Made by a program: the position numbers and the translations under genes. The notes under the pieces were generated by a model that was not told the origin of the DNA, did not search any database, and saw only the letters and a program-made list of their open reading frames with translations. From the IMG/VR virus record IMGVR_UViG_3300042888_002988, positions 32,001 through 96,000 of that record: DNA of 64,000 bases; one strand, given 5' to 3'. Positions 9,403-19,352 of the stretch are shown here, piece after piece (the first letter of the stretch is position 1; each line of letters opens with the position of its first letter). The DNA is from a virus. Lineage: Duplodnaviria > Caudoviricetes.

Positions 9403-11708
9403 ACAACCTACTCGAAACCAACCGCAGTATCACCGAGCGCACGCTCATCGAGGCCAACGAGGCCTACCACAACGGCACGCCCATCATGAGCGACGCCGAA
9501 TACGACATCCTATGGAGAGGTCACCAGGCATCCCGCAAGGAGAGCCCCAACGATTCGTTCTGGAAGGACACCATCCTCGACAAGGTCGGTGCATCACCAC
9601 GCCCGGCATCCGGGTTCGCCAAGGTGGTGCACGCCGTCAAGATGGAGTCGCTGGACAATGCGTTCGCCGGCCCCAATGGTGAAGTGGACTCCGTCACGCA
9701 ATGGCTGGCGAGGTTGGACCTCGGCAATATGGCCGACCAGTGCCGCATCGTCCTCGAGCCCAAGATTGACGGAGCGAGCCTGCGCCTGACCTACATCAAC
9801 AACAAGTTCGTCCGCGCGGTGACCCGCGGCAACGGTGAGATCGGCGACGACGTGACAGCCAACGTGCTGGCCGCCGAGCTGGTGCCGCTGACCCTGGGTG
9901 ACATGAACGAAGCTGAGTTCATGGATCCTGCCGAGCTGCTCATCAATGGTGAGGTGTTCATGACGTATGGTTCCTTCGCGCATCTCAACGTGATGCAGAG
10001 GAAGGCGGGCGAGGAGGAGTATTCCAACCCTCGCAACGCGGCGGCCGGCATCCTGCGCCGCAAGAACCCCGCCGAAGTGCGCGACCAGGGGCTGTCGTTC
10101 CTGGCTCACGGCATCGCAGCCGGCCAGCTCGGGGATTCATATTCCGCGGAAGTGCTGCGCCTGGAGCGGCTAGGTTTCCGGTTCCCTGAGTCGAAGGTCA
10201 TACTAGCCGACGGTCAAACACCTGACGGACGCCTTGGCATTGCGTGGCTCCAGGCGCTGGCCCATCAGTATTACCCGACTGACGGTGTCGTGCTGAAGGT
10301 GGACCAGTTCAAACTCCGCGCAGCACTCGGCAGCACGTCCCGTGCGCCCAAGTGGGCTATTGCGTTCAAGTTCGCCCAGGAGGAGGTCGAGACGACGCTG
10401 AGGGCAATCACCGTCCAGGTGGGCCGCAGCGGCATCCTGGCCCCCGTGGCGGAGCTGGAGCCGGTCGAAGTGGACGGTAGCGTGATCAGTCGCGCCACTC
10501 TGCATAACGAGGATCAGATCAACCGCCTGTATCTGAAGGTGGGCGACCGCGTTGCCATCCGCAAGGCTGCCGGTGTCATCCCGGAGATCGTTCGTTCGAT
10601 TGAGGGCGAGAAAGCCATCGCGGAGACTGTGGCAACCCTGCGCAGCGTCGAAGGACGCGGTGAGACGATGTCCGACGAAGAAGTGCGCCAAGCGCTGGTG
10701 GAGACGGGGCGCTTCTTCCGCCTGCTGGATCACATCGGCGGCAAGTGCCCGAGCTGCGGCAGCACGGAGATCGAGAAGCAGGAGATCCTGCCGGCCGGCC
10801 GTGCCGTCGGCAAATCCACCAGCCTTCCCAAGCTGCAGGTGGCGTGGCGCTGCGCCAACACCGCCGGGTGCAAGGCGCAGCTGGCTGGTCGCATCGAGCA
10901 CATGGCCAGCCGCGACTGTCTGAACCTGTCCCAGATGGGATCGGAACTGTGCGCGGAGATCGCCTTCAGGGCTGGATTAGAACTCGACAACTTCGAACAC
11001 CCGTTCGATCTGTTCGACGTGCCGACCTCGTGGTTTGCGAACCTGTCTTGGACGACTGAGTCCGGCGGTAAGATGACCTTCGGGGAGTCCCGCGCCACGA
11101 CGCTGAAGCTGGCGATGGAGGCCGCCAAGACGCTGCCGCTGCGGCACTGGATCGCAGCGTTGGGTATTCACACCATCGGTAAGAACACATCGAAGGAGAT
11201 CACACGCCTGGTGGCTTCACGTGGCGCGCTGCTGCAGTCCTGCACTCCGGAGTATGGATTGTTCGTGCGCATGCTGCGCACCTTCCGTGAAACGCCCAAC
11301 GCGGGCGAATACGCGGAGCTCAAGCAGCAGTATGCGGTCAGCCATCACCTCGGCCCCGTATCGCTTCAGCACCTAGTCGAGTTCGTCAACAGCTCAGCAG
11401 GTGCTTACGCCCTATCACGCATCCCGGACGCGGCTAGGTCGGACAATCACAATCCCGAGCCGTCAGGTGCGCCGCAGGGCGGTCCATTGGCTGGTAAGAC
11501 CTTCGTGGTCACCGGGACACTGAGCGAGCCGCGGAACAGCATCCACGCTGCGATCGAGGCGGCTGGCGGCATCGTCGCCAGCACCATCTCTGCGAAGACG
11601 AACGTCCTAGTGGCGGGCGACAAGGCTGGCAGCAAGATGGCCAAGGCAGCCAAGCTGGGCGTGGAGGTGTGGAACGAGGAACGCTTCCGGAAGGAGGTGG
11701 CGTCGTGA
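9399..11708 (+). CDS. ligA: NAD-dependent DNA ligase
   Basis: AY...SDAEYD (domain Ia), H..KMESLDNAF, EPKIDG (adenylated Lys), TRGNG..GDDVT, OB fold (QVGRSG..PVA.LEPV), C4 Zn finger, HhH, C-terminal BRCT (GKTFVVTGTL). Confidence 0.97.
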   Translation: MNNLLETNRSITERTLIEANEAYHNGTPIMSDAEYDILWRGHQASRKESPNDSFWKDTILDKVGASPRPASGFAKVVHAVKMESLDNAFAGPNGEVDSVTQWLARLDLGNMADQCRIVLEPKIDGASLRLTYINNKFVRAVTRGNGEIGDDVTANVLAAELVPLTLGDMNEAEFMDPAELLINGEVFMTYGSFAHLNVMQRKAGEEEYSNPRNAAAGILRRKNPAEVRDQGLSFLAHGIAAGQLGDSYSAEVLRLERLGFRFPESKVILADGQTPDGRLGIAWLQALAHQYYPTDGVVLKVDQFKLRAALGSTSRAPKWAIAFKFAQEEVETTLRAITVQVGRSGILAPVAELEPVEVDGSVISRATLHNEDQINRLYLKVGDRVAIRKAAGVIPEIVRSIEGEKAIAETVATLRSVEGRGETMSDEEVRQALVETGRFFRLLDHIGGKCPSCGSTEIEKQEILPAGRAVGKSTSLPKLQVAWRCANTAGCKAQLAGRIEHMASRDCLNLSQMGSELCAEIAFRAGLELDNFEHPFDLFDVPTSWFANLSWTTESGGKMTFGESRATTLKLAMEAAKTLPLRHWIAALGIHTIGKNTSKEITRLVASRGALLQSCTPEYGLFVRMLRTFRETPNAGEYAELKQQYAVSHHLGPVSLQHLVEFVNSSAGAYALSRIPDAARSDNHNPEPSGAPQGGPLAGKTFVVTGTLSEPRNSIHAAIEAAGGIVASTISAKTNVLVAGDKAGSKMAKAAKLGVEVWNEERFRKEVAS

Positions 11709-11962
11709 ACCTGTCCGACCTGACCCCGGAACAACTGAAGCAGGCGCTCTATCACTTCCGCGGCGCAGTGCTTGCTCGCACGCAGCAGTGGGACCACGAG
11801 CGCAAGATCGAGCTATTGCTGGGCGAGCGCGAGATCGAACTGAACATCGAGGACATCGCTGGATGCGTTGATGGTGACTCGTTCGACATGACCCCCGATG
11901 ATCTGGCGGGCATCATCGACCTCGACGAGCTGGTCGCCGCGATACCCGAGGAGACCGAATAA
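11705..11962 (+). CDS. Hypothetical protein
   Basis: GGAGGT-N6-GTGA coupled start. Confidence 0.6.
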   Translation: MNLSDLTPEQLKQALYHFRGAVLARTQQWDHERKIELLLGEREIELNIEDIAGCVDGDSFDMTPDDLAGIIDLDELVAAIPEETE

Positions 11963-11969
11963 ACACACT

Positions 11970-12005
11970 GGCCGGTCCCGGCAACGGGGCCGGCCTTCCC
12001 TTTCC
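11970..12005 (+). terminator. Intrinsic terminator-like hairpin
   Basis: GGCCGGTCCCG-GCAA-CGGGGCCGGCC followed by a pyrimidine tract. Confidence 0.55.
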
Positions 12006-12008
12006 AAT

Positions 12009-12323
12009 ATGAACTGCACCTACTGTAACCAGCCGGTCGTGCTCAGCCCATCAGCGGCGGAGCGAGCTAAAAAATGTCGGAGTGGCTACACCGCCGCCGA
12101 CTACATCGCGCTGTTCCCGACGCACGCTGAGTGCGCGCTGGCACAGCGTAACAAGCCGATCCCCTGGAAGCCCATCAGTGAGCTGCCGGTGATCTTCCAG
12201 AACGAGGCCCTGTTGATGCTGCGCCAGCGCGTGCTCAAGACCTGGGGCATCCACGCCGGCACCCAGCAGGCCGCCGACTTTGTGAACTCCCGAAACGAGG
12301 CGGCGCTGCTGGCATTGCTGTGA
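12009..12323 (+). CDS. Hypothetical protein with Cys motifs
   Basis: MNCTYC...HAEC. Confidence 0.6.
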   Translation: MNCTYCNQPVVLSPSAAERAKKCRSGYTAADYIALFPTHAECALAQRNKPIPWKPISELPVIFQNEALLMLRQRVLKTWGIHAGTQQAADFVNSRNEAALLALL

Positions 12324-12688
12324 GCAAGCCGTGGAGATGGCGTGAGCGCAAACTGCGCCACCACAGCCACCTGTCGCTCATGGCCGGCAGCCGGGAGATA
12401 CTGCGCCTGGAGAACAGCGACATGTCGGAGGTCACACCTACGATGCGCATGCTCACCCGGGTGCCGGTGCTGGCTCACCTACTGAAGCAGATGCCCGCGG
12501 TGAACGCCCGCCGGCCGCTTGATGACGACGCGCCTGATGGCTACCTTGAAAGTGACCGGGACTGGATACGCAACAACGAAGCCGCGATCATTTGGTTACT
12601 GGAGCATGCGGAGGTTCTTCGCTCGAGTTTGACGCCTTGCTCCCGACAGCCAGCCAAGCTTCCAGCGATTCAAAACCCAAGTGTGTGA
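12320..12688 (+). CDS. Hypothetical protein
   Basis: GTGA overlap; 3' end overlaps the convergent GT gene. Confidence 0.5.
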   Translation: MSKPWRWRERKLRHHSHLSLMAGSREILRLENSDMSEVTPTMRMLTRVPVLAHLLKQMPAVNARRPLDDDAPDGYLESDRDWIRNNEAAIIWLLEHAEVLRSSLTPCSRQPAKLPAIQNPSV

Positions 12689-14453
12689 TTACGGCCGGCA
12701 GCTGATCGAACGGTTGTGCAAGTTCCTGCTTCAGCCGTTGCAGATGCTGGTCCGGCCAGAATTGCAAGGCGTGCCCCACGCCGTCCATGTGCGGACCGTG
12801 CCCCACGGGTCTGTCCGGGACCTCCAGCGGCGCTTTCGGCGCGCTCAGCCACGGCGTTAGCGCCTCCTCCAATAGGCCCGGCTCTTGCAGCAGGCGCTCG
12901 TAAACTAGGATCGGCATGCGCGGATACATCATCGCTTGGCGCAGGTGGTCGATCCAGTAACGCAAGGGGTCGTAGAAGTATCCGGTGAGGTCGCCGAGAT
13001 CGTCACGCCGCCGACCTCTAGGGTCATTCTCATCGTGGGCCATCCATCCGAACAGCTGGCCGCCTTTTCCGTCCAGAAACTGCTCAAAGGTCAGGTCACT
13101 CAGTAGTCGCTGGATGCGCTTGTTGAATGAGCCTTTGGGCGGCTCTGCCGTCCACCAGCGCCAAGTCTTGTATATGCAGTCAATGGGATTGCGCACAGTG
13201 TGGATCCACTCGATTCCGTCTGGGAGCGCGCGGGCGTCGAGCGCGTGGCTCTTGGCCCACGCGCAGCCCCAACCCTGCTCGATCATGGCGCCGGTAAAAT
13301 GAGTGCCGGAGCGTCGATGACTGTGTATACCGACGCGTGTCAAGGCGGTCTTGATACCGCACGTCTCCACCTTCACGCCCGCTGCGCACGAAAACTTCAG
13401 TGCAGTTGCTTTACGCTCTTCGTTAGGATGCCAAGTCACCCGTGGCAGCTCGTTCAGCGCCGCGTCCATCAATGACGCTACGCGAGTCGGTGCGCAATGT
13501 TGCCTCACCACCGGTGCGTGCACCTGCGCTATTATGCGGTGCTGTTCGTAGTTGGCGTAGCATGCGCGAAGCTTTTCAGCGCCCGCTGCGACGTCAGGGA
13601 CATCCCACATGCGAGAGTTGTTGAATGGGTCGGCGTAGCGCGGAAGAACGAACTCGCGTTGCTCAGCGATAGAAATCAGCGAGCTGCTGTGCAGGTAGTC
13701 CAAGGGACCTCCGGTAGCGGAAGCGATAACCGGCATGCCATAAGCTGCCGCTTCAGCCAGATGCAACTCGAACGCCCCGGCTAGGTGGGCAGACAACAAT
13801 ACGTGCCCCATATCGTAGATGTCCTGCATGTTGGGAACATCCCGAGCGATCACTGTGATGCGCGGATCTTCGTTGATCATTTGCGCAAACACCGGGGGCA
13901 GTCGCGAGTCTGGCACGCGTGTTTTGACTATCCATCGCACGTCCGGAAACTCCTCAGCTGGGAAAGCTTTTTGAAACATCTGGTAAGCGAACTCCTGACC
14001 CTTCCGAATCTCGACCAGATGTCCACAGGTCAACACGGTAAACGGCGTGTCGGCTGTGCAGCTGTGCAATGATTGAAATGGCCACAGCACGTGAGGTATG
14101 ATTTTAACTGGCTGTTTTACGCCCGAGGCGGTCAGTGCATCGGCAGATGCTCGACTGGGTGTCCAGAGTTGAGCAAGCTGATCCACGCGCTCATCGATGG
14201 ACCTACGCGTTCGGTCTCCTTCGATCACGCAGTAACCGACGGTTGGGATACCCTGCCGCGTGGCCGCTGGCCAACGCATGTGCGGCGGCCCGCCCACAAA
14301 GGCGATCGCAGCGCGATGTTGAACGATAGCGTTGACGCCTGTCTGCAGACTGTTGACGACTTCATGGCGGGCGAGCAACGCCTGCGCATTGTCGCGGCCA
14401 GCGCGCCCGATACCTGACTTTTCATGCGGGGACGACAAATAGAGGACTTTCAT
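12588..14453 (-). CDS. GT4-like glycosyltransferase fused to a sulfotransferase domain
   Basis: N-term: LWTPS, RKG, AGAFELHLAEAAAYGMPVIAS (GT-B Ex7E motif). C-term: SHRRSGTHF (5'-PSB loop) and HTVRNPIDCI (3'-PB motif). Confidence 0.8.
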   Translation of the reverse strand: MKVLYLSSPHEKSGIGRAGRDNAQALLARHEVVNSLQTGVNAIVQHRAAIAFVGGPPHMRWPAATRQGIPTVGYCVIEGDRTRRSIDERVDQLAQLWTPSRASADALTASGVKQPVKIIPHVLWPFQSLHSCTADTPFTVLTCGHLVEIRKGQEFAYQMFQKAFPAEEFPDVRWIVKTRVPDSRLPPVFAQMINEDPRITVIARDVPNMQDIYDMGHVLLSAHLAGAFELHLAEAAAYGMPVIASATGGPLDYLHSSSLISIAEQREFVLPRYADPFNNSRMWDVPDVAAGAEKLRACYANYEQHRIIAQVHAPVVRQHCAPTRVASLMDAALNELPRVTWHPNEERKATALKFSCAAGVKVETCGIKTALTRVGIHSHRRSGTHFTGAMIEQGWGCAWAKSHALDARALPDGIEWIHTVRNPIDCIYKTWRWWTAEPPKGSFNKRIQRLLSDLTFEQFLDGKGGQLFGWMAHDENDPRGRRRDDLGDLTGYFYDPLRYWIDHLRQAMMYPRMPILVYERLLQEPGLLEEALTPWLSAPKAPLEVPDRPVGHGPHMDGVGHALQFWPDQHLQRLKQELAQPFDQLPAVITHLGFESLEAWLAVGSKASNSSEEPPHAPVTK

Positions 14454-14456
14454 GCG

Positions 14457-14490
14457 CCGCTTATTTAAGCGGTAAAATTTAGGCAGTCAA
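14457..14490 (-). promoter_or_regulatory. Sigma70-like promoter for the GT-sulfotransferase gene, overlapped by a palindrome
   Basis: Minus strand TTGACT-16/17-(T)TAAAT about 9 nt before ATG; CCGCTT-ATTT-AAGCGG at 14457-14472. Confidence 0.6.
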
Positions 14491-14529
14491 CCAGTTCCAC
14501 CAGTGCCACCAGTTACACCAGATCTTACC

Positions 14530-15363
14530 ATGACCACAACAACCGTAACCTCACCGCCGGTGGCCCAAGAGACCATCGAATCGTTCGTCAAGCGCCACGG
14601 CGCCGCGGCGGATTTCGAAGCGCTTCGCGACACAGCGAACCGCGCCTCCAAGCTGGGATTCGACTCGGTGGCCAACGGCCGCCTGGTCGAGTTCTGGCAG
14701 GACTTCCAGCCCGATCCGCGCCTCAAGGCCCACTATGAGGAAGCCTACCCCAGCTCGTTCTTCCTGCCGTGGAAGGCGCTGCACCGCACGCTGGACACCC
14801 TCAAACTGTGGCTCGAGCCGGCCGAGAACTACACCGGAGCCATTCCCGGCGAGCAGCTGCCGTGGTTGGAGATTTTCGAACTCCAGTCGGGTGACGAGAT
14901 TCTCCCCACCGACGCAAAGGGCCTGACCGGTCGATATGACCGGCTCGGCGACGTGCTGACTGGCGCGGCCATCATGTATCGGCTGGGGACCATGGCGACA
15001 GCTACCTCCGCCGTGCTCAATTACGAGCGTCAGATCGGTGAGGACTGGCATTACGCCACGGCCGGCTCACGCGTGACGGAGATGCTGCAGCACCCAGGCA
15101 ACCGGGGCATGCGGGACAGGCTGATCGATGCATGGGGCGAGGCCACCCGCAAGTTCTTCGTCGTGGCACCGCCGGAAGCGTTTAAGACCGACATGGATTG
15201 GCTGGAACGACTGGCGCGCATGGTGGACGCCCAGAACGTCGCGAAAGTGGCACCGGATGATCCTCTGGTGATCCGGTTCTGTCGTGGCGGGGCGCTGGTC
15301 GTGGCCGCCTGGGGCGACGAAGCATCCGAACTCAACGCGGTAGCAAGGGAGCTCAACGTATGA
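14530..15363 (+). CDS. Conserved phage hypothetical protein
   Basis: C-terminal DDPLV...GGALVVAAWGDEAS motif recalled from phage proteins. Confidence 0.7.
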   Translation: MTTTTVTSPPVAQETIESFVKRHGAAADFEALRDTANRASKLGFDSVANGRLVEFWQDFQPDPRLKAHYEEAYPSSFFLPWKALHRTLDTLKLWLEPAENYTGAIPGEQLPWLEIFELQSGDEILPTDAKGLTGRYDRLGDVLTGAAIMYRLGTMATATSAVLNYERQIGEDWHYATAGSRVTEMLQHPGNRGMRDRLIDAWGEATRKFFVVAPPEAFKTDMDWLERLARMVDAQNVAKVAPDDPLVIRFCRGGALVVAAWGDEASELNAVARELNV

Positions 15364-15986
15364 TCGTCACACGTGAGCATTTCGACGCGGTTTTGCGGGA
15401 CCTACGCAGGGATGGCCTGCTACCCACCGAAGAGTCACTGCGCCTTTTGCAGCGGCTCGTGGCGTCGGTCATCAGCGACCCGAGCTTCTACGACTGGCCG
15501 GCATCCAGGACCGGCAAGCACCATTTCTTCCGCGGCGGGCTGGCAACCCACACCTACGAGGTGCTGGTGCTCGCACTGGCGTCCGCCAAGAGACACCACG
15601 AGATGGGCGACGTGATCGACTTCTCCGCGCTGGTGATGGCTGCCATCTGGCACGACGTGGGTAAGATCCAGGAATACCGTATACTCCCCGGAGGAATGCC
15701 AGCGGCGGGTAGGGAGTTCGCCAAGGACTACGTCACGAAAAAGGATACCTGTCCGGCCCACCACATCACCCGGGCGGCCTTCCAGCTCGGTAACATGTGC
15801 GCGACCATGGGCTTCACGGACTCGGAGTTCATCGAGCTGGTGCTTCACCTTGTCGAGGCGCATCACGGCCGGCGCGAGTGGGGATCCCCGAACGTCCCTG
15901 GCACGCTTGAAGCGATGATACTTCACCACGCCGACATGCAATCCGTAATGCGGGCTTGCGGTCAAAACCCAGCGGCTCGACCATGA
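15360..15986 (+). CDS. HD-domain phosphohydrolase (YhaM/Cbf-like)
   Basis: HH...GGLATHT, WHDVGK, AHHG..EWGSP, LHHAD. Confidence 0.88.
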   Translation: MIVTREHFDAVLRDLRRDGLLPTEESLRLLQRLVASVISDPSFYDWPASRTGKHHFFRGGLATHTYEVLVLALASAKRHHEMGDVIDFSALVMAAIWHDVGKIQEYRILPGGMPAAGREFAKDYVTKKDTCPAHHITRAAFQLGNMCATMGFTDSEFIELVLHLVEAHHGRREWGSPNVPGTLEAMILHHADMQSVMRACGQNPAARP

Positions 15987-16309
15987 CTGGCATGCGACCC
16001 ATATTGATCATGCCCTCCTCGCTGGCCGTCGGTGCCGCCATCACGGCCAACATGATGGAGCAGGCCAGATCGGAGGCCGAGAAGCGAGGCGTCACGCTGG
16101 TCATCTCACCCGTCGGCACGGATCCATACGTGCCGACGGTATTGCCGGTAATGCCGCCGCCGGACCTGCACGCATTGCGTGTGTCTTGCAAATCGTATAA
16201 CGAACTGCCGTTCATGCACAAGCAGTCAGCCTGGGAGAGATCCCATCCGAACCAACCGTGGTATGCCCAGTTCCAGAAGAAACGAAAACGCAAGAAAAAC
16301 CTCCGATAA
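15983..16309 (+). CDS. Hypothetical protein
   Basis: ATGA overlap; basic C-terminus. Confidence 0.55.
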   Translation: MTGMRPILIMPSSLAVGAAITANMMEQARSEAEKRGVTLVISPVGTDPYVPTVLPVMPPPDLHALRVSCKSYNELPFMHKQSAWERSHPNQPWYAQFQKKRKRKKNLR

Positions 16310-16320
16310 CCTACATACAC

Positions 16321-16539
16321 ATGACACGCGTAAGCTGCACCATTGAACTCGTCGACCTACCAGGCGACCACGGTAAAGAAATCCCCAGCATTGAACTCAC
16401 CTGCGACCGATGCGGACACACAGTCGAGAGCTTCGGCCAGCGCGGCCGATCTCTACGACGATGCCTGGCCGTCATGGCCGAGGAGTGTCCACGAGGAGAA
16501 AACAACTTCTACACAACCAAGGAAAAACTAGATGACTGA
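16321..16539 (+). CDS. Small Cys-rich protein
   Basis: CDRCGH...RRCL...ECP. Confidence 0.65.
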   Translation: MTRVSCTIELVDLPGDHGKEIPSIELTCDRCGHTVESFGQRGRSLRRCLAVMAEECPRGENNFYTTKEKLDD

Positions 16540-17389
16540 TTCACTCATTCCCAAACAAGCAACGTGCACGCCTCTGGCTGCATGGCTGGAGTCCAGCAAG
16601 AACGTCGAGCTGAGCATGGACGATAAGCACGCATTACGCGTGCAGACACGCTGGGTCGACCAGAGCCTGCGCCACATGGTGTTCCGGGCGCTGGTGTCAC
16701 GCACCGATCCGCGGATGGTCGACCCGGACGAGTTCCTGACCGTGGACGGATCCTACTACGTCGGCGAGCTGGAGCTGCCGATCTACCGATTCGACATGAA
16801 CGGCGTGACCATCAAGCTGCGCCACGACGCGCGTGACTGGTGTGTCCGTATTTGGGGCACCGCACCGCTCCTCATATCCAGCTACCTGGTTGAGGCGCTG
16901 ATGGACGGAGACTACAGCGTGATGGGCGATACCGAAGTGGCGCCTTCAGGCGAGTTCTGCGCCGGTTGCCCAGAGCACGTCTACGCTGTGCTATGGGACG
17001 CCCTCACGGCGCACCGCGAGGCTGTTGAGGCCGGGCACGCCGGCACCCTGGAGGAGATGGCTGAAGAAGTCCGCACGGAGGGGAGCGCCAAGTCGGAGGA
17101 GGAGCGCACCGAGCTGGAACAGTCGTTCCACCAGCGTCTGCACGACAACAACGACAACCACTACATCGTCACCGGGCGCTTCGAGTGTAGCGACGATAAC
17201 ACCCGCTACGTGCTGGCACCCACCGCCATGGAGGCTGAGGATAAGTTCCGGAAGTGGATGGTGGCCGAGGATCCCGATCAGGAAGACGGGGCCGAGGCTG
17301 TTATCGTCGCCTTGGTCGTTCAGATCCCGGGACCGCCGATCGCCATCTATGCCGATGACGTTGAAGAAAACCCTCAACCCCTAAAGTGA
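16532..17389 (+). CDS. Hypothetical composite protein
   Basis: 285 aa ORF in array. Confidence 0.65.
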   Translation: MTDSLIPKQATCTPLAAWLESSKNVELSMDDKHALRVQTRWVDQSLRHMVFRALVSRTDPRMVDPDEFLTVDGSYYVGELELPIYRFDMNGVTIKLRHDARDWCVRIWGTAPLLISSYLVEALMDGDYSVMGDTEVAPSGEFCAGCPEHVYAVLWDALTAHREAVEAGHAGTLEEMAEEVRTEGSAKSEEERTELEQSFHQRLHDNNDNHYIVTGRFECSDDNTRYVLAPTAMEAEDKFRKWMVAEDPDQEDGAEAVIVALVVQIPGPPIAIYADDVEENPQPLK

Positions 17390-17943
17390 TGACTGACGCC
17401 GAACGCACCATGCGGGAGGAGCAGTGGATGCTCACTCAGGAGTTCCTGGATCCCAACTACCCGACACCACCGATCGTGGGCGCTTTCAAGCTGCTCTACG
17501 AGGCGCAGTGGGAATTGTTCCTGCGCGACATTGACAACAACCACGCCCTGAAGTTCTTCAACCAAGAGCTGAATGACTTCAGCTGCGCCTCCAGCTGGGA
17601 GTCGCTGGCCGCCGCCAATGGTGTCGAGCCCTACGACAAGTGGTGGAGCATCGACCCGCAGCTACCGTCTGACATCAGGGACTTCTGCCGGGAGTTCCGG
17701 GCTGTGGTGCGTAGCTTTGACAGTGGTAACACTGGTGGCAATGCCGCTTTCGGCGCACCAAGCCCCAGCTTCCCGCCGCAGCTTGCTCTGATCGTGCAGC
17801 ACGACGGCGGATGCCTTGCGCCATACTTCAATCCGAGCTACGAGCGGCCGGCTGAATACCGCCTCGTGGATCAGATGCTGCGCTCACGCCGTCTGTGGCG
17901 CGAGATGCAGGACGGCGGAACCACCTACATCTACCGAACGTGA
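17386..17943 (+). CDS. Hypothetical protein
   Basis: Overlapping start; HDGG.LAPYFN motif. Confidence 0.65.
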   Translation: MMTDAERTMREEQWMLTQEFLDPNYPTPPIVGAFKLLYEAQWELFLRDIDNNHALKFFNQELNDFSCASSWESLAAANGVEPYDKWWSIDPQLPSDIRDFCREFRAVVRSFDSGNTGGNAAFGAPSPSFPPQLALIVQHDGGCLAPYFNPSYERPAEYRLVDQMLRSRRLWREMQDGGTTYIYRT

Positions 17944-18179
17944 ACGACACCTCCCTTCAAGCGTGGACACTGGTGGCACTCGTGCTACTCGGTGCCCACC
18001 TGCTACTGACGCTCATCCAGATCTGTGATCTGTGGTGGGCCTGGCGTCAGCCCAACCGACGGTCTCCCCGGTATTTCCGGCGGGCCCGTTGGCGGCTGGC
18101 GTTGATTCTGTTTACCATCATCACGGCTGCTGCAGCCATCACCACCATCTACCTACTCCAACAAAACTATGTCCCGTAA
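17940..18179 (+). CDS. Small membrane protein (2 TM)
   Basis: Two hydrophobic stretches separated by an Arg-rich loop. Confidence 0.55.
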   Translation: MNDTSLQAWTLVALVLLGAHLLLTLIQICDLWWAWRQPNRRSPRYFRRARWRLALILFTIITAAAAITTIYLLQQNYVP

Positions 18180-19029
18180 CATTGATATCGAAATCGTCGC
18201 CGACAGCATCAACCCAGCCGGCAAGCGCATCACCTCAGCCCTGTGGACCTATCCACGGTTCATCCACGCCGAGATCATGACCCACCGCATGTTCAGCCGT
18301 AACGCTGCCAGCAGCCGCGCGATCCCCATCAAGAAGATGATGCAGGCCGTGCGCGAAGATCCTGCCATGCCCGAATGGTGGGGATCCAACAAGCCCGGCA
18401 TGCAAGCTGGAGAGCAGTTGGACGGCGAGGCCAAGGCCGACGCGCTGACAAACTGGCTGGCAGCCAAGACGGCTGCCCTGAGCTTCGCGGAGGAACTGGA
18501 GTCTGTCGGCCTGCACAAGCAGATCGCTAACCGTGTCCTCGAGCCGTGGATGAGAATCACCGTGCTGGTGACCGCCACGGAATGGGACAACTTCTTCGCC
18601 CTGCGTGCGCACCCAGCTGCTCAGCCGGAGTTCCAGATCCTAGCCTACCGGATGCTCAACGCCATGGTGAACCTGAGCCAGCCGAAATACCTGAACTGGG
18701 GAGAGTGGCACGTCCCGTTTGACCCAGGCACGGACAAGTCACTGCATGACCGACTCGTGACATCGGTAGCCAAGGCGGCGCGCACCTCCTACGTGGCCTT
18801 CGACTCAAACAAGACCCTGGAAGAACAGGAGACCTTGTTCAAGAGCATGCGGGACAACGGGCACTGGTCGCCATTCGAGCACCAGGCGCAGGCCGTATCC
18901 GGCATCATGCACAGCGGAAACTTCACCGGTAACTGGCGGCAATACCGCCAGGAGTTCGGCGGACAGAACCGCGAGCACGTGGACCTCGCCGCCCTGCTGG
19001 CAGCCAAACCCGCCTGGATCGAACTCTAA
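18169..19029 (+). CDS. thyX: Flavin-dependent thymidylate synthase
   Basis: YPRFIHAEIMTHRMFSRNAASSRAIP signature; HWSPFEHQA. Confidence 0.93.
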   Translation: MSRNIDIEIVADSINPAGKRITSALWTYPRFIHAEIMTHRMFSRNAASSRAIPIKKMMQAVREDPAMPEWWGSNKPGMQAGEQLDGEAKADALTNWLAAKTAALSFAEELESVGLHKQIANRVLEPWMRITVLVTATEWDNFFALRAHPAAQPEFQILAYRMLNAMVNLSQPKYLNWGEWHVPFDPGTDKSLHDRLVTSVAKAARTSYVAFDSNKTLEEQETLFKSMRDNGHWSPFEHQAQAVSGIMHSGNFTGNWRQYRQEFGGQNREHVDLAALLAAKPAWIEL

Positions 19030-19040
19030 ACAACACCATC

Positions 19041-19352
19041 ATGGCACCCAAACGCAGATCATTCCAAAACAATCAACCATCCACCACCACAATCCGCGCG
19101 GATGAGTTCACACAGGCCATGGTCGACTTCCTCGCTGGCGGCGAGAAGCGTTCATTCAACGACATCTTCATGGGCGTGCAGGACACCGCCAAGCGACTGT
19201 ATCCTTCCAAGGGTAACGAGCTGATGCGCCTGCAGGCCTATGAGCTGCTCTCAACAGCCTGCGCCCGCGGACGCGTCAGCCGTGAGGGCCGGGAATACTT
19301 CCGGACTGACATCCCGGCGGCGCACGTCGTCGAGGAAGGGGGTGAAGCATGA
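19041..19352 (+). CDS. Winged-helix-like protein
   Basis: SFNDIF...LMRLQAYELL...GRVSREGREY pattern. Confidence 0.6.
   Translation: MAPKRRSFQNNQPSTTTIRADEFTQAMVDFLAGGEKRSFNDIFMGVQDTAKRLYPSKGNELMRLQAYELLSTACARGRVSREGREYFRTDIPAAHVVEEGGEA

Noticed and set aside
10600-10720. Intein or intron in the ligase
   Set aside because: The roughly 35-aa insert between the OB fold and Zn finger lacks Cys/Ser...His-Asn splice motifs and the frame is continuous.
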